Shown piece after piece: positions 11,301 to 24,240 of a DNA stretch of 64,000 bases (position 1 is the first letter of the stretch; each line of letters starts with the position of its first letter). Under the pieces are notes generated by a model that worked only from the letters and a program-made list of their open reading frames with translations, had not been told where the DNA came from and searched no databases. The DNA comes from Callorhinchus milii. Its lineage: Eukaryota. The DNA is taken from assembly GCF_018977255.1 (NCBI RefSeq), contig NW_024704742.1, positions 35,776,001 through 35,840,000 on the forward strand, read 5' to 3'. Both the position numbers and the translations under genes were made by a program.

Positions 11301-13054
11301 CATGAATTGGTGCCTTTCGAAAAGGGAGAAAATTTGGGGGAAAAAGTTGGAAATACTCTAGTCACCTGAATCACATTTGATTGTGTTTTGTGTGATTTAG
11401 ATTAATAAATAGCCCCTTGTGGTACAAAAATCAGATCATTTGCTTGTGATATCATGAGCACCCCACATTCAGAAATGGGATTGCGTTAACAGCAGCATCA
11501 CAAAGAGAATCTGCTTTCAACGAACAATATTTCACACTGCTAGAGTTCCATAACAATCTGATTTAAAATTATATACGTGAAAAGTACATCAATCCACTTC
11601 TGGAATTCTATTTGGTCAGCAGAGGATCAGACATATGGACACCCATCGCCATGCTTAAAACTATTCAGATCAGACTGAAAGTTCCACGTGTGCATATAAA
11701 TTTCCCGTGGTATCATGATCTCTATGAAATTATCAGTTACTGTAAGAATGATTGTCATAAAAGCTGATGTGCCAATGCAATTAGTCCTAAAGCAGGACCT
11801 TGTGGTGAGGGAAGTCTCACAGCATGCAGAAGAGATGACAGGCATGGCAAGAGTTAAGGTTGCCTCCCATTCAGAAGATTGCCTGGAAGGTTCCATAACC
11901 TGTGCATGGCTTGAACAGAAGTGCCAATATACAGGGTTAATATTCATTTAGACAGTAATACCACTAGATATGTATGCAGTGTTGAGAACATTGGAAGGTG
12001 TAAACAATGTGTACAACAAAGCTGTACTGACAGAAATATATACTTTAGCCAAGTTTAGCGGGCAACATCATAAATATGAAAATAGGCGAAACATATTACA
12101 CACAACAATACGAGGTATGGTATTAAAGGAAGAATATTGATTACAGAACAGGTGCATCTCATTGGATGTCTGGCAATACAGTGGTTCAATTTCGTCCTTC
12201 ATTAACAAATTTTACACAGCAGAATACCAGTCACAGACTCATGTACATTTCTTTTCCAAATGTCCCCTCAGAAATAAAACAGTATGGAAGACGTTGGTAT
12301 CGGTCGTTTGAGGGATAACTGTTACTGTGAGCAGTGTTGATTCATTTGCTACTGCATTTTAGTGGAAATATTGATTTACTCTGCAATCGCGGTCCCATCG
12401 TCCATCTATTCAGACTGGATGGTTAGATTCCCAATGCTTGCCTACTAAGCTTAAATAAAGGCTGACTGACATTTTTTTTAAGAGATGCATTTTGTCACAC
12501 CAATCGTCTGGACATCTAAATACAGTTACGCTCTTGTACTGAATACAATTAAGTACTTCTAAAAACAATTATCATCATTCTTCCACATGTTTCAGTTGTT
12601 GGTCAGTTTCCTGTGTATAAAAAACATGAGGATAACAGATCTGTGAGGAGACCCTGTACATTTTGTGGGAAGTTTGAATTCATAGGGACCTGATCCTGCT
12701 ACCACATATGGTAAATAAATGATCTGTGAAATGTCCATTATCTGTCAATACCATTACACTCACGCTGCCAGGTAGTAAAACTCTTTGCACCATGATGTTT
12801 TATGACTCCCCCATGTCGATAACACCTTTTCTGATCTACTGTTGAAATGACATAGGATTTCAATAAGAAACTTAAAAACGTTCCTGCCAACTAAAGAGGA
12901 TTCATGATTTTTAGGGATAGTGACAGTACATTGACTGTGAGACCTGTGGGAAATTGGATGAGTAGAATATATAGACCAATAGTTTTCTCCTGTCTGAAAT
13001 TGGTGATTATAATATTATTACCTGCCTCTTCCTGGCCAAAATTTTGGAACTCGT

Positions 13055-13955
13055 CGTTGCAAATCAACTTCACTTACACCTCTCCCTTCACTCCCTACTC
13101 ATTCCCCTCCCGTCCGGTTTTCACCCTGCCCACAGCACAGAAACGGCCCTCGTCAAAGTAACAAGAGACATCCCGCTCTCTGTGACCAGGGCCAGGGCTC
13201 CCTCTGACTCCTCGTTCTCCTGGACCTCTCCGCCTCATTTGATACAGTTGATCATGCCATCCTCCTCCACCTCCTCTCCTCCCTCATCCACCTTAGTGGG
13301 ATCGCACTCGCATGGTTCGAGTCCTACTTAACAAACCTCAAACAATACATCTCAGCCAACGGTTTCCCTACCGTCACTTCCCAGATGGACTTTTCCAATG
13401 CCCTCCTTGCTGGTTTCCCCAACTCCACCTTACACAAAGTTCAATTAATTCAAACTTGAATGACAGTAGTTTATGGTTAATAAGGCACTCTTTGATTTTG
13501 TTATTTTGCACGTCGCTAAAGTATATAACCATGTTGCAGATACTCACCCGTACAAAACTCTGTAACCCCATCACACCAGTCCTTGCCAGGTTCCACTGGC
13601 TCCCAATTACCGAACGGATCGATTTCAAGATCCTCTCACTCGTTTCAAATCCCTTCATGCCCTCACACCTCCCTACCTAATCCGGCTTGCTTATCCCCAC
13701 CCCCTGCCTAGGCTCCACTGCATCTGGCTCCCTGTTTGTCCCTCATCTCCTCCGTTCCATCAGTGGCCGTGCCTTCAGCCACTACGCCCCAAAACTCTGA
13801 AACTCTCTCCTCAATCTCTCCGTCTTGCCCCCTCCCTCCCTACCTTCAAATCCAGTCTAAAGACCTTCATTTTTTGCCTATCTTATGGTAACCTTCCCCT
13901 CTCCCTGGCTCGTTGTCAGGCTCTGCCACTATCAAGCACTCCGGTACTCTACCCT
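13055..13955 (+). mobile_element. L2 LINE RT remnant
   Basis: SGFHPAHSTETALVKVT, a DLSASFDTVDH-like motif and ITPVLARFHWLPITERIDFKIL; frameshifts and internal deletions. Confidence 0.92.
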
Positions 13956-14057
13956 GCTCCCTAAAGGAGATGTCCATTAGATTCATCATTTTCCTGATTG
14001 AGTTGTTTCAATTATCACACATGTATAATCTAGCATTTAAAGCAAAAACATAAAGGG

Positions 14058-14401
14058 ACAGGGTTGGAAAAGTCTTCTCTCAGCTGCGTGTAAAGATCCA
14101 AGTTAAATAGATTTAGATAAACTTAGTACATACAAACCTGCCCATGATTTGGCACTAATTGGCTCTGAAAGGCCCCAAATATGGTTTGTGTAGGAAGTGG
14201 AAAAGTTCACCCACATACATTGGGGCTGGTTCACTGAGGTTAGACTTGAGGCATACTGTTGAAGCAGTGCAGAAGGTTTATTCTATCTCAAACTCCTACT
14301 ATACCCTATGTACAAGTACTTGAGGCTGACACTGTGTGCCAAAAGAAGAAAAGTATTTTGTTCCCAAGCACTGGCCCACACGTTGGAAAGCACAAAATTT
14401 C
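14058..14401 (+). mobile_element. LF-SINE-like element lacking its head
   Basis: ttggcactaattggc, gaggttagacttgaggcatactgttgaagcagtg, gctgacactg and terminal agcacaaaattt occur in the order I recall for the LF-SINE consensus. Confidence 0.65.
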
Positions 14402-15334
14402 CCCGTTTTTTAGAATTACTGAAAAAGAAACTCAGTGTAATAAAAAAAAGTTTGCTTTTTAACAGCTGCTACAAAAAAAATATTGGTGTTGGCAAAAAAA
14501 AGGAAGGAAAATAAGTTGGAGAGTCATCTCTCAGCCCCTCTCATGCACCTCCTGGCAACTGGTACGTTAGCATTGGCAACTGCCTTGGAGGAGGTATCCC
14601 AGTCGCCTGATTTGTACACTGCAGGTGGTGGGTGCTCCAGGGAGGACAGAGGAGAGTGAGAATTGGGGAGAAATTAAGAAATCTTAGAGAGTAAATGCCT
14701 TTTGTTTAAAAAAATGTACCTGTGCTCTATTTCTTCAAAAGTACCTTTTGTTGTGTTTTCCTATTACAAAGATATTAATATACCTGTATTCATGGCAATG
14801 TGAGCTGGTGTTTTCTGTATGCTGCTATTCTTTAAAATTGCTTCTTTCAAAGTTTAGAATACTATAAAGAAATAATGACCACATTCCCTTCTCTCCTCCC
14901 ACCAGAATATCTATCAAATGTGTTCTGCTATCCTGTGTGTATCATAAATTCCAGGACTGTACTGAATCACAGATGGCAACGTAACCTATGTTAGCCAATA
15001 AAGTGCAATGACAAAATTAAAACTGAGGTACTAAACAATTTTAGCTTTGTTCTAAGTTTGAAAAATACCGTATGTGGAGTGATTATAACATTACTTACCA
15101 CATTTTTCATCCCAATCTGCGTCATTGTTTTCAAACAATTTTGGGGTATATTTGTCCTTATTTTCCCTTCCTCTCCATACCTTCCAAATTCTTCATCCAT
15201 TTTCTCAATCAAGTTCAGTGACATGTTTGTATTCTATCAATTCCACTCAAGGATTGACTTTTCAAGGACTACACTGAAGCCAAGCAGAATGTAAAATATA
15301 CCTTTTTCTTGTGAAGAATAGGCCAGACAAATAT

Positions 15335-15781
15335 AACAACAACAACAACAAGATTTCATTTATAGAGCGCCTTTCATGTCGGGAGGATGTCCCAAGGCGC
15401 TGGACAGTTGGGTCGGGACCCGAGCAGTGGGGAAATGGTCAGGGTGAGGGGAGGGAAGGGAGGGAGCGAGGAGGGGGTTAGAGAGTCGAGAAGGGAGCTG
15501 AAGGCACGGTCGAAGAGAAAGGTCTTGAGGTCGGCCTTGAAGGAGGAAAGGGAGGAGGCGGCGAAGGCACTGGGTAATGGAGTTCCAGAGCCTAGGGGCT
15601 GAGAGGCTGAAGGCCCGGCCACCGATGGTAGGGCGGTTGGGGCGGGGGATGTGGAGCAGACCGGAGCCAGAGGAAAGGAGGGTATGGGCAGGTAAATAGG
15701 GGGTTAGTAGGTCGGAGAGGTAGGAGGGAGCAAGGCCGTGAATGGCCTTGTAGGTGAGGATGAGGATCTTGAATTCGAATA
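15335..15781 (-). mobile_element. L2 LINE 3' fragment (well preserved)
   Basis: EFKILILTYKAIHGLAPSYLSDLL..TIGGRAFSLSAPRLWNS; (aac)n tail on the + strand. Confidence 0.93.
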
Positions 15782-18700
15782 TAAACATATAAACTTGCTG
15801 GATGCAGTAATCGTCTTAACTGGATGTTGTCTTATATTTGAATTACATTTATATAATCCCATAGAAGTGTAATTTAATAACCCATTTATAAAATATTTCC
15901 GTGAGCATCGATGAAAAGGTTTCCGATTCTTTGACTGTACAAAATTTGGAGCCCTCTAGTACTTTTACGGGCTGTTTACTGAGGACTGCTCTTTCCTGAA
16001 TTGTTGTATATCACACAGAACAGTGCTATTTCTACTGCTGTTTCGGAGCTTTCATCTTGTTCCTCAGGCTGCAACCTTTTCAAGTAGGGGTAAAATTACA
16101 CCTGTCAATAGTATGTAGTCTCTTTACTCCATCTTGCTACCATTTCATAAAAGAAATTACGGAGGCTAATGTCACACAGTGATTGTAATGAACATCCGCT
16201 TTTTCCTGTGTGTTTACTGAAATTGTCTTCCTGTTTGTCAACCTTATGGCTAGAGTGACAAGAAGTAAGCTTGTCTGTATGGAAACTCAGTCGGGGCAGA
16301 GGGCACATGCCTTAACAATTAGGCGCAAAATAATATCCAAGCAACTCCATCTCTGTTTGAACATCCCAGTCTTCAGGCTAAATTACAGCTATTCAGAGTC
16401 ACTTTGCCTTATTTATCACTTTCTTAAAACACAACACCCTTCAAAATTTTCCCTACAGTACACACCTTTTTTCATGGTCCAATGCTAATACAGGAGCCAC
16501 TGCCAAGTATTCCACACCAATAAGCAGGTACACCTGGACCTTTTTCACCTTATTTACACTGGGGAACGTTAATGTTTTACCAAATCCAGGTCATATCTGA
16601 CAATGAAAAGAACCTCAAAAACAATGCTTTGATAAGATTGCTACCACAAGCCGGTCTGTGTTAAGAACGAAGAGAGATATGAAGGATTGGTTTTGATTTC
16701 TCATTTATTTCTAAATCCTGTATTATTCTATGCGAGAAGTATATAATATCAGCGACTTAACAAAGTGTTTTTTATGTGTTATACTCCAATCCTTTGCTTG
16801 CTTTGAAAACTGAGCATCCATTCTGTAATGTGCACCTTGCTAAAACATCAGCAGAACAATGAGGGTATCAGTCAAGGGTGACCACTGGGAACGTCAGAAA
16901 GAACATTGGACACTCCTCTTTCAAACAACTTCAAAACAAAAAATGTTTTCTGTTTGATCCAAATCTTTCTCAGTAAACTCTGATCCACATATTCAAATCC
17001 ACAAAGGTCCAACACTTAATTCACTCATTGCCGAAAGTCATCCTCCTCATCATCCCTCGAAAACATTAAACATTTCTAAGGTATTTGCTGCCGTTTCTGA
17101 AAAGATTAGCTGAAGGGTACGTATACTTTATGGTAGCCATTCCTTTTTCATAGGATAAAACCATGTTAGGTTTATGCTGAATTAATTCCTGATCATTTAA
17201 ACAGAATATATGTAAAACAAACCGACAAATAAATATTTATGTCCCTCTTTCAAAAATTGTGTTTTCTCCTGTTAAGATTCATTCTGCATCCTCACTAATA
17301 ATTTCCATTCAACATTATTGTCTGATGTAATTTGTTGTTTGTTTAAAATTGTAAGTATAATATTTTTAAAAGTTGAAAGAATGCATAAGTAGTTTCAATT
17401 TGCATCATTTCATTTACACAGCTATCTTGATATACTAAAAAAAAGCATTTGTGATAAAGACATTTCTAAATTTTCCTCTGAAATTGAGACATGACACGTG
17501 TGGAAAAATTCCACAAGCATCATTCTTGTGACACTGGTTCAACTCAATAACTTTGCCGGAAGTAGCAGAGCAAAGCTACTTACAGTATGATCCGCAGATA
17601 CTATGCGTGCATACATTTGTGATCTAACAGGAGAAAGATCTCATGGTATTTCAGAAGCAGATTAAATCATTATCAAATTTATTTTTGCAGAGATTATAAT
17701 ACGGGATTATAATAGGGTTGATTTTCTGTTTAAAGAAAATCAACCCAATTTTCTTGTGACTGTTCTGAAAATTCCTGTTAGTTGAATACATTTAGGTTTT
17801 AATCTGTTTGGTGGATATTGTAATTCACAGGTGTGCCTGTTGTCTTATGTATGATGTTGCCATAATCACATTTTCATTGTGTCTTATCATGAGTGCTATG
17901 GGGGGGAAATGACTTTCCACTAAAGTATATTAAATGAAAATAAAAGTAACAGTATAAGAATGTTAGAAATGTTGATGTAAAATACACATGGCAATATTTT
18001 AAACTGTAGTCTTGATAGCTGCTGCAAAACAAATTGAATACGTTATGGAAAACCCATTATTATTTAACAAGATTCAGTTATAAACGCTATTTGGAGAAAA
18101 ACCTTGAAAATAAATAGCGATCCAGTAAAAAGCAGATATGTACTCTATCACATGAACATCAGCTTCCCATGACTGCACGGAGTACTTTTATGTTAACATA
18201 ATAACTATTTTTCTAGGTTGGGAGTAAACGTGTAGTACAGAAAGTGGAACTGATAGCCAACTACCGTCTTTCATAAAACTATATGTAGTGGAGATAGTTA
18301 TGGCTGTCAGATATATATGTGTGTTGGCCTGACAGGAACTGTTATAGCACACAATAGCCGTGTTTGTCTTTGGTCTGTGGACCTAGCATATTCTCTATGG
18401 AGATGACTAGGACTGTATAGGTAATAAGGCAGTCAATGATGCAACACAAAGATCAAGTTTAGAGTTAAAATTAAAGTAGCATTCCCAGCACTATTGCATT
18501 TCAGCCCCTGTAAAGGCTGATATGTTGCCCAACCCTCTGTCCTTGTCATGGGCAGTAGAATAATGAAAACACCCAGTTGATTAGCAAGCCTTGGCTGGTG
18601 GGAGACCTCTTGATCTGCTGACACACAGATAACATGACAGGCCTATCAGATACTCTAACAAGATTGGCAGTCTGTAGTTTTGGGAAGCCATATCATATTA

Positions 18701-19519
18701 GAGAATTAGAGATCACACAATTCAGTTAGTCATCATAGATTGCATGCAGCAGCACAGTTCATAGTCAAGATCCCATGCTTAAATTAAAAGTGAGAAGTGG
18801 AGAATTTTGTGTTAAGACTATAAAAGCTATTATATTCTTATTTTAAAGGACTGACTAGGTCATATTATTGTTGTAGTCTTTCACTTAATTGACATCAAAT
18901 CCAAAGTTTAAGTGATTAAGTCACGTCAATGTCAGTGGATAAGCTTTCCCTGTCCAGTTATATCCTAAAGTTACTGGTTTAGAAAAGAATGCGGTTGTGG
19001 AGTAACAACAGAGGCTGGTGAGCTGAGGCATTGAACAGACTTGAGAATGCCCACATTATAATGTCCTGGCCACGCACAGTTAGGGGGCCCCTTACACTCT
19101 CAGAGCCCCATACATTAAGGTGACCATTATTTTGTAAACCAAATCCAGGGCCACATACAACATCATAAACCTCATAAACAATACATGAATATATATTGAA
19201 AGTTAGCCACAAGAAGACATGTCAAAATGCCAAAATCAACCAACAGATACACACAAAATAAAGGGTTTATTAACTAGTTATCTTGAAATCTGAGCATCAC
19301 TGGCACCTAAACAAGTATAGAAGCAGTACTAAATATGTTTATGGTCTCCAATGATAATTTTTTAAACATAACCACAAACCATTAGTAGCTGAAGTTTACT
19401 TGCAAGCAAGCACATATTATTGCTTCCCTTGCATACAGCATCTCGAGGCATAGCCTAAGACAAATAGAACTGAAGCATTTCTTCATGTAGTAGTTTAAGA
19501 AAATGCAGATTTCTTGCTG

Positions 19520-19810
19520 CAGTGATGTTTAAAAGTGAGATAGACAGGTGTTTCTACCTAGTACATCATTGGCATTAAAAGATTTGTCGTGATTTAATAA
19601 ACTATTGGAAAAGGCTTGTTGGGCGGAATGGCCTTCTTCTGTTCCTGTTTTCCTTCATTCTAACAGTTCTGATTTTAAGATTTTCTAATGGATCCCTTTA
19701 CCAAAGGAAATGTTGTCCACCGTTTACCTGTTAATTCCTTTCGTTATTTTAAATACCTCAATCAAATGATCTGTTAACTTGTCAGCTCTAAACACTATAA
19801 CCTCAGTTTA
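19520..19810. mobile_element. Two short CR1 3' fragments in opposite orientation
   Basis: + strand gggcggaatggccttcttctgttcct CR1 3' hairpin, followed by a minus-strand DLIEVFKI-like segment (aaatacctcaatcaaatg). Confidence 0.55.
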
Positions 19811-20734
19811 CTTCACAACTAAATCTGTTTGATAGGCCACTTAAAGCGATCTCTCACACACATGTGACTATCAACCGCAGCATACCCAGGCCCTCTGCAA
19901 TAATTCTTTGTCTTATGAGTCTACCAAAAATTTATGATGTACACATAGGATGCCCGTCGGATGCAATGCGATACATACACAAAAGACAAGGTGAAGAACT
20001 ACACCCAATCACTTCCGTTTAAGGCTTTCTTTGGTACCAGGGATAATTTTTTTTCAATAAAAGAAGCCCCATCTAAATTTATGAAGTAAACTTGTACAGC
20101 CATCATTAAAATCTGTATTCTTTTAAGTTTTGTCTGAAAGAACCTCTTTTGTCAGACATCCACTGTTATACTGTGCCTCTAGGTAGAATATGCACATTTT
20201 GGGGGATGTTAGGTTAAGGTGGCATTACAAGCTTTTATTACCAGCATTCTTCTGGCCTGGGCATGTTTCTGAAAAAAAGTAAGAAAATATAAAATGAATG
20301 TGTATTATTAAGAAACCATAGTTGTGCAAATGGAAACAAATAAACATTGTTATTAATAACAATCACTTCATTACTGATCCACAAGGTATTTCAGAATGCA
20401 TTTGAAACATTAAGCCAATCTCCTATGAAATGCAAAGAAAGCTATTATCAACTGTCTGCAAAGCAGACATGACTTCTCTTGTGCATAAAAAGATCATAAA
20501 GCCTGTAACCTTAAATTTAAAGAAAATTGCATTATTACAGCATATTTGCTGTAATATTCATTGAACTAAAATACAAGAATCCTTATGAAGTCAACTGAGA
20601 AAATACTAATTTTGAATGGTTTTAATTGTGAAGTTTGTAACTGGAGCATACAATGAGGATTATCACCAAAATAAACAAAGTGGAGTTTTGAAGAATTTTA
20701 ATTTACAGAGTTGTTGGAATTTAGAAATGACTTG

Positions 20735-20929
20735 TCACAAATAACTGCTGAAACTGAGTCCATAAAAGGGAATTGGATAAATGTTTGACGATAGATATTT
20801 GAGAATATGGGAAAAGAACAGGCAAATGGGATTAGAGCACATACTTAAAGTGGGGGAGCTACAAGTAGCACAGCCGTGATAGGTCAAATAGGCTTCTATC
20901 TGTACATTCTCTAGGATTGTATGATTCAT
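20735..20929 (+). mobile_element. CR1 3' end, diverged
   Basis: aaaagggaattggataaa..gataggtcaaataggcttc..gtatgattc resembles the CR1 tails at 1082 and 2445. Confidence 0.7.
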
Positions 20930-23062
20930 TGAAGGCTCTGAAGATGTTTATAAATGTCATCTGAAGTATGAAATTAAATTAGCCCCTTGAAATCATTCTG
21001 CATGCATTCATTGTTTCTAAAGTCTGTACTGGAGTGGCATTTTTGTTCTATTTCCAGGCTAGTTATATCAGTACTGGTGATCTTTGATCACAAAATAATT
21101 GGACAAATCAAAACATTTTTAACTACTAGGAATTTGTGGATAAAATTAAATATATTTCTCAACATAACATGCTAAAATTTTGCTCAGAATGAATGGATTA
21201 TCCCTTCCACTTGATTGACATATCCAGCAATCTGTCTCCAGTCATCTGCCATTGATCTGATTGGAACCTGGCATCCATCCCACTCCTAAATGCCAATCCT
21301 TACACTCAAATGTGAATATAAAATTCATTACCAGCTGCCTTTGACTGCTCACATTTTGAGCATGGAATAAAATCCCACAGTATAGATTAGTAAAAGCATT
21401 AGAAGTTTTTGAAACCTGCTCTTTAACAAGACATAATTAATAAACATTGAATCAGTGTAATTGAATCAATGTTGGAATTAGTACCACGAACAAAGTCCGT
21501 GTTACATATACATTCAAAACCTTCAGCTTTAGTTTCAAACTACCAAATGGCTTGAAGCAGCCAGAGATGGTTGAACTCTTTGCGTGCATTTGCAGCTTTT
21601 TGTTATGTGATGTAAAATCAATGTCAGCCTGGCTCCTTTAGTAGCATTCTCACTTCTGAATCAAAAAGTTGTGTAACTGCAATTGCTGGAAAGATCCTCC
21701 TTCCCTCTTCTCCTTTGCTTGGCAACTGATTCCAGCAGCTTTAAAAATATGATGATTTTTACCAATTTGTTATTTAATCAACAGTTCAATTTAAAATTCA
21801 CCCAATTCTGTTATTTTCAGTTTTCATGACAGCAGAACATTGATTTAAAGGTAAAGCACTCGAGATGTTGTCCGATATGAATTGCGCTATATAAATGCAA
21901 GTTTTTGTAATGTTTCTGATGTTTGCAACATTCAACTCTACATTAACAATGAATTGTCATCAATATATGTGAGCAGAGCAGACTAATTTGGGACAGTTCA
22001 AATTTCACCACACCCCAAATTATGCTGATTTAAAATCAATAGGCAAGTATCAATGAGCCATTAGAATTGTTCCGAGTTTTTCTGTTGACATATATTGTTG
22101 ACATGCAGTGGTACTTTGCTAGGTTGGATGGATCTGAAGGCTGCTGCTGAACAGTACAGATGGGTATAAGAAGAAGTGGGTTTGACCAGGATAATTCAAC
22201 CCATACAAACCTCGAAAATGACAAAGAGGATTGTCTTGGTTGCTCCCTCACTACTTAATTCGCCTGCTGGGTGATCCTGGCACAACATTATCAGCAGCTG
22301 TGGAATACTTCATGGCCCAGGCCATCACATCCTCTTGAGTTGAAAAAAGAAGAATGGTGCCAGATTGCAACAGTGAGGAACTAACTGAGAAAACTGGGTA
22401 AAAAAGAGAAAATGTAAAGCAAATTATCAAAGGGCTTCACAGTTTTCTGTATCTGGCTAAATTAAGGAAATCAGTCTATGAAATAGATTTTAGTTCCTTT
22501 GGAGAAGCATGCATATTAATTTGATGCATGTGTTTTGATGCTGGCATTTAACTACAGTCTTTATGACATTCAATTTGTGGTAAGAACCATGTGTCCATGC
22601 TGCCACATGTCTTGGATGTTTAGCCATCAGAAACTACTTCAAAAGCAAGGGAATGGAATGCACTCTCCATAGTTCACAAAGTCAAGTGGCAAACACAGCT
22701 GTTTTCTGTGTATGCAATAGTATGTTGGGTGGTTTATGTCAACTTGTAACTTGTGGAATTTTCATCCAAGGATTATCAGTACTGATAATTAGACACGTCG
22801 ACATGAACAAATTCCAGGAAATGTGAATAGAGCAGTGGAGGAAGCTTTAAAAATATGATGATTTTTATTTCCAATATTTTACCAATTTGTTATTTGAGTA
22901 ACCTGGTTCAATTTAAAATTCGCCTAATTTTCAGTTTTCATGACAGCAGAACGTAGATTTAAAGAAGCAACTTGCAATGTATAGCATTTGAGATACTCAA
23001 AATATCTCAAATGCTTCACAAGTAATTACTGTCAAATATAATAACTGTTATGTATATGTAAA

Positions 23063-23230
23063 CACAGGGCTGGAGTAATATTTTGTGGACCTGGAGGCAA
23101 AATGATTTCTGGACCCCCATTTTTATGTTCTCTTTTTATGAGTAAGGGACTGGCTCCCCAAAAGGGCTTGGGATTGAGGTAAAATAGAGGCGCTGATTCG
23201 GGGGGATGCTCAGCAGCCAATCACAGGACA
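23063..23230. mobile_element. Possible hAT-type MITE left end
   Basis: Begins CAGGGCTGGA with GC-rich ggacc/ggccc-type subterminal motifs; no matching right TIR found. Confidence 0.3.
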
Positions 23231-23329
23231 AATGTTCATGACACTAAAATCACTTCATAATTTTGCTCCTCTCTAATTTTACCATCTCCTCCAGTTCCAT
23301 TGTCTTGCCTGTACCCCAACTATCCGAAA

Positions 23330-23682
23330 GGGTAATGGTTAGAGCACGTGCCCCGCAAGCGAATAGACTTGGGTTTGATTCCCCGTAGGGTGAAACGTTA
23401 GGCAAGTTTCCTTCCTCCACGCACCTCTGTTTACCATGCAGTAAGTAGGAACCCAGTTGTTCGTCGATTGACGGATCTCTTTTTCAGGGGTAATAATCCC
23501 TTAAAAAAATTGAAAATAATAATAATTTGCCCACTCAATCTATGACTGTTTGTGGAACACCGCTGCAGCTGCATTTCGCCCACAAAATATACAGTCAATT
23601 CACTTTACAGTATATTCTGTGAAGCGCATTGACATGTCTCGAAGGCTTGATAAGGCGCTACATTAAATTATTACTATTATTA
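23330..23682 (+). mobile_element. tRNA-derived SINE, older long variant with CORE-like centre
   Basis: tggttagagcac A box, gggtttgattccc B box, ggcaagtttccttcctccacgcacctctgtttaccatgcagtaagtagg centre, L2-type tail. Confidence 0.85.
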
Positions 23683-24152
23683 TCCAAAATGTGGTCATTC
23701 CTCACTCCCTCTGTTCCAGGTAAATAGAATCAGTACAAGAGAATGGAATAGGTTCACATTTTTCACAATGTTTAGAAGTAAACTACAGGTGAATTATGTA
23801 CTGAAGCTTCCTTAACAATGCCCATAGATAAGGTCCAGGACAGTCCTGATTAAAACAGCAAAGAGAGGGCACAGACAGAATCAAATGGTTGTGATTGGCT
23901 GACACTAAACCTGGGTTTAAAAAGGAAAGATGAAGGTAGAAACAGTCTTGTAAGTTTTATTTCAACATTAGGATGCAGGAAACTGGGAGGAACAAGAGAG
24001 AAAATCTCATAGGAGCAATAGTAGCTTTTACAACTGAGGGAACAAAAGCAACAAAAGTTTTGGTGGAGTGAATGAAGAGAAGTTGAAGGTTGGAGGCTAA
24101 ATTTGAAGAATGAATCCATGAGAGGTTAAGGCTTTTGAAGTATAATGTCAGT

Positions 24153-24240
24153 GTAAGAGATAATAATAATAATTCTTGCATTCGATATAGTGCTTTATCA
24201 CGTCTTTGAGATGTCCCAAGCGCTTCACAGAATATACAGA
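24153..24240 (-). mobile_element. SINE/L2-type 3' tail fragment
   Basis: aataataataattcttgcattcgatatagtgc..cttcacagaatatac, the same tail as the SINEs. Confidence 0.8.

Noticed and set aside
11627..11951. Overlapping 106-aa and 78-aa ORFs in unique sequence
   Set aside because: No recognisable domain and no convincing splice sites
16974..17080. AG..GT-bounded 107-nt segment open in one frame (NSDPHIQIHKGPTLNSLIAESHPPHHPSKTLNISK)
   Set aside because: No recognisable protein and no partner exons; expected by chance in 64 kb
18575..18612. 5S rRNA-like motif (tgggagacc)
   Set aside because: Similarity too short and degenerate to call
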